A stretch of 64,000 bases of DNA, taken from NCBI GenBank assembly GCA_918797485.1, contig CAKKNE010000004.1, forward strand, positions 4,216,001 through 4,280,000, in the 5' to 3' direction. This document shows, one piece after another, positions 57,982-64,000 of the stretch; positions within the stretch are counted from its first letter, which is position 1; the number at the start of each line of letters is the position of its first letter. The position numbers and the translations under genes were made by a program. This DNA is from Pelagomonas calceolata (lineage: Eukaryota). The notes beneath the pieces are model-generated. The model worked only from the letters and a program-made list of their open reading frames with translations. It searched no databases and had not been told where the DNA came from.

Positions 57982-58971
57982 ATGCTGCGCCGCATTGCTG
58001 TGAGAGCTGGGAGAGCAAGGCAACCAACACGGCGTCACGCATCATCAGACCCGCTCCTGCGCCTACACGAGCAGATGGCGGCGTCGATGAACGCGACGGC
58101 GCGTCTGCTCGGCGTGTCGCACCGCGTGCACATCTCGAGCGCCGAGGCGCCGGCCCCGACGCCGCCAACAGCCGCGACGCCGCCGCCCCAAAAGCACGCG
58201 AAGCGCGCCCTGCGCTACATGAGCGACGCCGAGATCGCCGCCTACGTCTCGGAAGTGGCGGACACGATCCAGTTCGAGGGGAGCGTCATGCCCGGCGTTG
58301 AGGCGTTAGTGTACGGCCACTGCGTGAAGATCGTGCTGTCCCTGGTCCACGAGGCGCTCGACGCGCTGCCGGCGGTCGGCGTGCTCGGGCTGCGCCTGGA
58401 CGTCGCGCCGCAGAAGCGGCGCGGGCTCGACTTGGTCGAGGCGCTGCGGCGGCGGCGCGGCGAGGACGACGCGCACGGAAAGGTGCGCGTCGACGAGGAG
58501 CGCGTGCGCGCGTTCGTCGACCGCGTGCTCGAGGTCGAGCGGGAAGCTTCCGGCGGCGGCGCCATCGGCGACTTCGAGCGGTCGCTGCACCACAACGTGT
58601 GCGCCGTCGTGGTCAACCTCGCCGCGGACGTCGCGTCGACGATCCGCCTCGGCTGCTTCGGCCACGACCTGACGCTCGACGTGCGGCCTTTTGTGGGATG
58701 GCTTGACACGCTCACCACCGACGAGTTGAGACGCAGGCGGCGCGCGGGCCTGCCGCAACTCTTCGGCGAGGCGCACGTCGACGCGTTGGTCGAGGAGATC
58801 CTCCAGGACGAGTCCGTGAACGTGTCCTACGTGCCGGACGTCGTCGAGCGGACTTTTTATCGGCGGGTCTTCGGCTTCTACTCCGTGGTCTTGGACTACG
58901 TCCTGGCCGATGTGTCGCTTTCCGTCTTGGACGTCGACATGGACGTGGCGCTGCGGAGGGATCCGGAGTAA
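57982..58971 (+). CDS. Hypothetical protein with mitochondrial-type presequence and three internal repeats
   Basis: MLRRIAVRAGRARQPTRRHAS N-terminus; high GC3; three roughly 90-aa helical/beta units. Confidence 0.7.
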   Translation: MLRRIAVRAGRARQPTRRHASSDPLLRLHEQMAASMNATARLLGVSHRVHISSAEAPAPTPPTAATPPPQKHAKRALRYMSDAEIAAYVSEVADTIQFEGSVMPGVEALVYGHCVKIVLSLVHEALDALPAVGVLGLRLDVAPQKRRGLDLVEALRRRRGEDDAHGKVRVDEERVRAFVDRVLEVEREASGGGAIGDFERSLHHNVCAVVVNLAADVASTIRLGCFGHDLTLDVRPFVGWLDTLTTDELRRRRRAGLPQLFGEAHVDALVEEILQDESVNVSYVPDVVERTFYRRVFGFYSVVLDYVLADVSLSVLDVDMDVALRRDPE

Positions 58972-58990
58972 CAATTCATCATTATAAGAA

Positions 58991-60841
58991 TCAAGCCCGC
59001 GCGAGCCGCCCCTGCAACCGCTTCTCAAACTGCGCCTCGGGACACTGCGCGAGCGTCGCGATGTCCGCCAGGGGCAATCCCGCCTGGCGGATGCGCCGCA
59101 GCCGCGGCCGCAGGCGCCCGTCGAGCGAGTAGCCGAGGAGCGCCGGGCACTGCAAGACCGCCGCGGCGGCGCCGTCGCGCGCGAGCGGGTGCTTGCCCCG
59201 GTCGCGCAGCTCGCTCGGCTTGAGCTCCGTCCGGAGCGCGTGGAGCTTCGGCTTGAGGTTTTTCTCGACGGACAACCCGAGCACCGTCGGGTACGCGTCG
59301 ACCAGATTCCGCAGCGCGTCGAGTTTGTCCGCGTCGATCTCCTGCAGCGAGGCGACCTTCTCCGACCCACCGAGCAGCTCCGACGCCAACCACGCGCAGG
59401 CCGGCCGGAGGTTCTTCTCGACCGACAGCCCCAGGCACTGCGGCCGGCGGTAGACGACCGCCGCGGCTCTTTCTGGAGAGAGCCCGAGCTCCTTGCAGAG
59501 GAAGGTCGCCCGCTGGTGCACTTTTGCCGACGCCGTCGAGGCCACGACGCGCGGCGCCGTCGACGCGACGCGAGCCGCGAGGCGCGTCGCGTTCGCGCGC
59601 GTCAGGCCGAGCGACAGCTCTAGCGCCGCGGCGACGTCGCTGAGCTTCGACGTCGACGCTAACAGCACGTCCGGCCGCTTGCCGATCAGCGCGTTCGCCT
59701 CGCGCTCGCCGAGGGCCTGCCTTAACGCGGCCGCGCGCTCGTCGAGCGACCGCGCGTCGATGGCCAGGGCCCGCGGCTCCTTCCAGGCCATGCGCGCGGC
59801 GTCCTGCGCGTCGCCGTCGACGGCGTCCGCGAGGGCCTTCAACCTAGCGCCGACGTCGCGCGCCCGCAACGCGTTCGGGTGCTGCTCGAGGATGCGCCTG
59901 GCTAATGCCCCGGACGGGTCGAGCGCGCGCAGCTGCGTGATGGCCGGCGCCAGGACGCGCCGCGCCGACGTCGCGAGGAGCGGCGGGCACTTGAGGCAGG
60001 CCTGGCCGAGCTCGCGCTCGTGCGCGCAGTCGCAGGCCGTCCGGAGCCACTCGATCTTCCGCCGCAGCTGCGTCGCGTTGTGGCCCAGCAACGTGGGCTG
60101 CACGCGGATGAGCTTCTTGAGCTCGCTCTCGTCGAGGTTCAGGTGCCTCCTGAGGGACGCGCCCTTCTCGGCGAGCGTGTCGCGCCGCTGCGACAGCACG
60201 GCGCCGTGGTGCGCGAGCAACCGCCCGAGCGTCGCCTCGTCCAGACCCAATTCGTCGCGAAAATAGAAGTAGCCCACGCGCCGCTCCATGACGCCCAGCA
60301 TCAACCGGCCCTCTGCTAATGCCCTTTGAGCCGCGTCGCTCAAACCGTCGTCGTCCGAAACGTCAGCATCCGTCTGGGCCATCGACCGCCGTTCTTCCAA
60401 TAATCTCTCGAGCTTCTTCCTCGCACTCCTTTCCAAATTGTTGACCCGCGTGAGGCTCACGTCCAATTCATTCGCGGCGTCCAATTGGGTGCGCGGCGCC
60501 TCGGACCAGTACCTTGCTTCCAACACGTCGCGCTCTCTCGCTGTGAGGCCCTCCAAAGCGACATCAGCACCACACACCTCGACGGCCTCTCTGAGGTAGC
60601 GCGGCGCGTCGTCGCGCGGCGGCGGCGTCTCCTCCAGGTCCCCGTCCAAGTCATCCAGAAACAACTCAAAGTCCTCGTCCTCGTCGTCGTCAAAGGCCAC
60701 GACGGCGTCGCGCCACGCGTCGACCTCGAACTGCTGCCAATCGTTTGTCGTCGACGCGAGCGGCTTGGGGTGTAGTATTGTTGGTGCTATCCTGAAAGCC
60801 GTCGCGGCGGCGGCGAGCAGGAGGCACTGCATGGCGGGCAT
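58991..60841 (-). CDS. Plastid-targeted mTERF-family protein with sigma-70 region-4-like HTH
   Basis: MQCLLLAAAATA-FR presequence (start 60841 or 60832). LTARERDVLEARY..TQLDAANELDVSLTRVNNLERSARKKL HTH. mTERF repeats PQCLGLSVEKNLRP, YPTVLGLSVEKNLKP and CPALLGYSLDGRLRPR. Confidence 0.85.
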   Translation of the reverse strand: MPAMQCLLLAAAATAFRIAPTILHPKPLASTTNDWQQFEVDAWRDAVVAFDDDEDEDFELFLDDLDGDLEETPPPRDDAPRYLREAVEVCGADVALEGLTARERDVLEARYWSEAPRTQLDAANELDVSLTRVNNLERSARKKLERLLEERRSMAQTDADVSDDDGLSDAAQRALAEGRLMLGVMERRVGYFYFRDELGLDEATLGRLLAHHGAVLSQRRDTLAEKGASLRRHLNLDESELKKLIRVQPTLLGHNATQLRRKIEWLRTACDCAHERELGQACLKCPPLLATSARRVLAPAITQLRALDPSGALARRILEQHPNALRARDVGARLKALADAVDGDAQDAARMAWKEPRALAIDARSLDERAAALRQALGEREANALIGKRPDVLLASTSKLSDVAAALELSLGLTRANATRLAARVASTAPRVVASTASAKVHQRATFLCKELGLSPERAAAVVYRRPQCLGLSVEKNLRPACAWLASELLGGSEKVASLQEIDADKLDALRNLVDAYPTVLGLSVEKNLKPKLHALRTELKPSELRDRGKHPLARDGAAAAVLQCPALLGYSLDGRLRPRLRRIRQAGLPLADIATLAQCPEAQFEKRLQGRLARA

Positions 60842-61070
60842 CTCGAAACTCGCCTCGGATTTCTGCGATCGCTCTGCTGCGCGCTCGCAGTGCGACTGCG
60901 GTGGCACTCAAGCAGAGCACAGCTGCACAGCTCGCGCCGAGTCAGGAAATTCTGGGCGCTCGCGCGTCGGCAACGAGTGCGGTGGCACTTGCAATCGCGT
61001 CACAAAGCCCGGCACCGTCCCGCTTGCCGCACTGAGCCCACTGATCTGCTGCCAGGCTTGATGTAAATTG

Positions 61071-61091
61071 CTAGTGTCTTACGCCCGCTAG
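61071..61091 (+). promoter_or_regulatory. CTAG element (CTAGTGTCTTACGCCCGCTAG)
   Basis: Core copy in a divergent intergenic region. Confidence 0.7.
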
Positions 61092-61181
61092 CTCACGTGC
61101 GTTGGGGCAGCTCTTGGATCCGTGCTTTAGGCTTCATTATTCTAGAGGAAACGTGCGACTTTGAGTTCGTGGCACCTTTGT

Positions 61182-61202
61182 CTAGCGGCTGTAAGACACT
61201 AG
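61182..61202 (-). promoter_or_regulatory. CTAG element (rc CTAGTGTCTTACAGCCGCTAG)
   Basis: Core copy, inverted relative to the 61071 copy. Confidence 0.7.
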
Positions 61203-61372
61203 CCAAAGTGGGTGACCGAGCAATTGACGCGAACGCCAGCCATGAAAATTGGTGTTATCATTACCTCGCTCAAGACATTTGGGATGTACTCGTGAATACG
61301 AATCCTCGAGGCCAGCGCACCGCGAGATGGCAACTTACTATACCTGGCCTTGAGGCTCTTCATCTCGTTTCG

Positions 61373-62119
61373 ATGGACGTCGAGCACGCCATCGTCGAAG
61401 AGACGCCCGTCGCCGCGATGCCGGGCGATAGTGCCACAACCGCGTTCGTCGAGGAGACCGCGGTGACGGCCCTAGACGTCGAGGAGCGATGGCCCCGGCT
61501 GGGCCGGCTCCCGCGGACGGTGAGCACCCCCAGGGCGTCGCCGCCGGCGGAGTTCGTCTTCGTCAGCGGCGCGAGCGTCCTGGTCCCCCCGTCGCCGACT
61601 CCGCATCGACGGCGGCGGAGGCGGCGCGCCCACGCGGCGGAGGACCCGGCCCCTGGCGACGAGCGGCGCCGCCGCGACCGCCGCCGGCGCCGCCGGCGCA
61701 AGCCCCAGGGCGTCTCGCCGCTGGCCTCGCCCACGTCGTCGATGAGCTTCCCGGACTGGGCCTCGCCGACGTCGTCGATCGCGTCGGCCCTGTCGTCGCC
61801 CTGGAGCTCGCCGCGGCACGAGAACCCCCACCACTTCCCCCGGCGCGGCGACTCCGGCGGCTCCTCGTCGTCCTTCTGGTCGTCGAAGACCTCGCTCTGG
61901 TCGTCGACGACGTCGATGTTCTCGTCGACGACGTCCTCCCTGAGGTCCTGGGCCTCCTCCTCCTCTGCGTCCTCCCTCCTCTCCTTCGCCGCCGCGCCCG
62001 CACAGGGCGACGGCCCCGACCACTACCGCCCGGACAGCCCCGACGACTTCCGCGTCGCGTGCCGCGACGTGTCCATGCCGCTCCCGGAAGAACGCTCGTC
62101 GGAGGCGTCGTCCTCTTGA
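61373..62119 (+). CDS. Hypothetical low-complexity Ser/Arg-rich protein
   Basis: First in-frame ATG at 61373; GC3-rich codons; no recognised domain. Confidence 0.5.
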   Translation: MDVEHAIVEETPVAAMPGDSATTAFVEETAVTALDVEERWPRLGRLPRTVSTPRASPPAEFVFVSGASVLVPPSPTPHRRRRRRRAHAAEDPAPGDERRRRDRRRRRRRKPQGVSPLASPTSSMSFPDWASPTSSIASALSSPWSSPRHENPHHFPRRGDSGGSSSSFWSSKTSLWSSTTSMFSSTTSSLRSWASSSSASSLLSFAAAPAQGDGPDHYRPDSPDDFRVACRDVSMPLPEERSSEASSS

Positions 62120-62272
62120 CAACGTTGTGATATCCCGCCGCATCGACAGCGTGGAGGTTGTGCATATCCTACCGCCACGCCGTCGCTGCGACACTGCCCC
62201 CGCCCATCCGGAAAATCTTATCGTCGGCGTTATCACTAGCTGTTGCACAGTAAAAAATGTTAACTAACCTAA

Positions 62273-64000
62273 TCACGGCGGAGGCCGGAACTTCGCCTTT
62301 TTGGCAGCAGCGTCGGCGGCCTTGATGCGCGCCACCGTGTCCTTCGGGTACCTTTCCTTGCGCGCTTTGATGTCCGTCACGTTCACGACGGCCGGGAGCG
62401 GCCAGACCGGCGGCCGGTCCTTCGGCAGCGGCTCCTCGAGGTTGTTCCACGCCAGCGCCCACTCGCGGTTGTAGAAGGGCGCATGAATTGTATCCGACGT
62501 GTCGTGCAAGACCCGATGCTTCGCCTTCGGCGCCGCGTAGAAGAACGTGTCGGCGGCATGGCCGTAGTAGGCCCTTAAGCGTGCCACATAACCGGAGAAG
62601 GTGCTAAAGAAGGTCCCCGTGAACAGCCGACACGGCTTCGCCGAGGCCACGACCTGCTCGACCATGCCCAGCGCGTTCGGGTCGTATAGATCGGACACTT
62701 CCTCCTGAAAATCGCGCAGATAGTAAATCTTCGCGAAGGCTTCCTCGAGCGGCGCGAACCAAGTTTTATCTTTTTCATCGGTCAAAACAAACAGCACCTC
62801 GTCCTTGTCATAGCCGAAACTCAGTAAGGCATCACGCCACTCTTCGCACGATATCCTCACGGAGACGAACTGCAATTCACCTCTCCTTATATGCGCCGCC
62901 TGGTACGTTTCACCGTGACGCGTTAACGCGTCGACCACCCTCCCGGCCGCGCAGAACACTTCATCCTTGTATTTGAGTCTATCGCGCCCGAAGCGCTTGT
63001 AGTAGAGGTCCGTGACACCATCGTCGAACAACAGAAACGTATACCAGTGCGTGAACATCCTATACCCATGGGACGCGTTCGTCGTCATGTGGACCCACGG
63101 CGCGCCCGCGAAGCGTTGATCGACATAGCGCACGCGTCGCGTGTGCGTACAGAATTTATCCGCGGTCAAATGCCGGTATTTGTTGTGAGTAGAGCAGGGC
63201 CCGAAGGCGACGCATTCCTTTAATGGTGCCCAGCGCGGCTCGACGTCCGCATGCCTACGCATCCACTCGCGCAGCTGCCGCCGCGCTATGACACCACCGT
63301 TCGTCGCGCGCTCCGCGAGGCCCTTCAGGTGCCGCCTCGTATTATCATTTTTTATCGTTTCGTTGAGGAATTGAGAGATGGAAATGACCTCGAGCGCGCC
63401 TCGTAAGGCGTCGAAGTCCAGGAACGCGTCGACGCCGTGGTGGGCCCGCGTGTTGCCGGCATGTGTGACTTTCAAGAGATACAAGCGCTGGGGCGGGGGC
63501 ATCACGAGAACTCGACCCGTCGCGTGCGCCAAGACGGCCAACGTCTCAAAGGCCATGCGGATGTTGTTCCAGCCGCCCGCGTCCGGTTCAAAGGTTAAAT
63601 ATTTGCGCTTCGGGCCATAACCAGCGTACGGCGACGCGTGCGTCTCGCCGCGCGACCAGTAGCGCATCCTCTCGATTATGGAAGAGCAGGATTCGCGCGG
63701 CGGCGCGGTCGCGACGCGCGGCGGCGGCGTCGCGAACATGCGCTTGCGCGCGCGGTGCTCGTCGGGCGCCGCTGGCGTCGCGAACGTATGGTGGTCAGGC
63801 GCATGGTCGCGCTTCTCGGGCGCCGCCGCCGGCGACGGCGGCGCCTTCATCCCGTCGAGGAGGTAGTGAGCTTCCCGTTCCACCGCGCCTTCGACCACAG
63901 CCCACTCCTTGCGCACTTCACCTTCTACCACGGCCCAGTCCTTGCGGACCTCGCCTTCGACCGCGGCCCAGTCCCGGCGCACCTCGTCCGCGATGCTGCG
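62273..64000 (-). CDS. GDP-fucose protein O-fucosyltransferase family; 5' end lies beyond the window
   Basis: YLTFEPDAGGWNNIRMAFE, AHIRRGE, LTDE, MVEQVVAS and FTGTFFSTFSGYV motifs. Confidence 0.88.
   Translation of the reverse strand, partial: RSIADEVRRDWAAVEGEVRKDWAVVEGEVRKEWAVVEGAVEREAHYLLDGMKAPPSPAAAPEKRDHAPDHHTFATPAAPDEHRARKRMFATPPPRVATAPPRESCSSIIERMRYWSRGETHASPYAGYGPKRKYLTFEPDAGGWNNIRMAFETLAVLAHATGRVLVMPPPQRLYLLKVTHAGNTRAHHGVDAFLDFDALRGALEVISISQFLNETIKNDNTRRHLKGLAERATNGGVIARRQLREWMRRHADVEPRWAPLKECVAFGPCSTHNKYRHLTADKFCTHTRRVRYVDQRFAGAPWVHMTTNASHGYRMFTHWYTFLLFDDGVTDLYYKRFGRDRLKYKDEVFCAAGRVVDALTRHGETYQAAHIRRGELQFVSVRISCEEWRDALLSFGYDKDEVLFVLTDEKDKTWFAPLEEAFAKIYYLRDFQEEVSDLYDPNALGMVEQVVASAKPCRLFTGTFFSTFSGYVARLRAYYGHAADTFFYAAPKAKHRVLHDTSDTIHAPFYNREWALAWNNLEEPLPKDRPPVWPLPAVVNVTDIKARKERYPKDTVARIKAADAAAKKAKFRPPP
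63887..63985 (-). repeat. Three 33-bp coding tandem repeats
   Basis: EVR(R/K)(D/E)WA(A/V)VEG x3. Confidence 0.9.

Noticed and set aside
17115..61202. CTAG repeats as a CRISPR array
   Set aside because: Copies are kilobases apart, in mixed orientation, with no regular spacers or cas genes, in a eukaryotic genome.
61097..61372. Upstream part of the 340-aa ORF
   Set aside because: Non-ATG start, AT-richer, and overlaps a CTAG element; treated as promoter.

Overview
Very GC-rich, gene-dense eukaryotic nuclear DNA with few introns. Several proteins carry bipartite signal-peptide plus Phe plastid presequences. This points to a photosynthetic stramenopile, most likely a pelagophyte such as Pelagomonas (inference). 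About 28 protein-coding genes are supported. They include a WW-domain/coiled-coil kinesin-14 (runs off the left edge), a La-motif protein, a PAT1-like protein, an IWR1-like protein, RPL10, a 2567-aa EF-hand protein, a CK1-group kinase, a fibrillin, a ~2650-aa chromatin-reader protein, a plastid ABC-F, a PB1-MAPKKK-WD40 kinase, a D-type cyclin, a GNAT protein, an mTERF protein and an O-fucosyltransferase (runs off the right edge). Main observations not visible in the ORF track: (1) a bipartite CTAG-TGTCTTA..CG-CTAG element recurring in many promoter-containing intergenic regions; (2) a two-exon gene encoding a mitochondrion-targeted C-terminal fragment of Cox1 (Cox1-c); (3) a plastid-targeted fusion of sigma-70 region 4 with mTERF repeats; (4) an intron with terminal inverted repeats (introner-like); (5) perfect palindromes and an inverted repeat pair bracketing 8.7-15.2 kb; (6) two truncated relics of one gene family. 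All domain calls are by eye from remembered family motifs; no searches were run.
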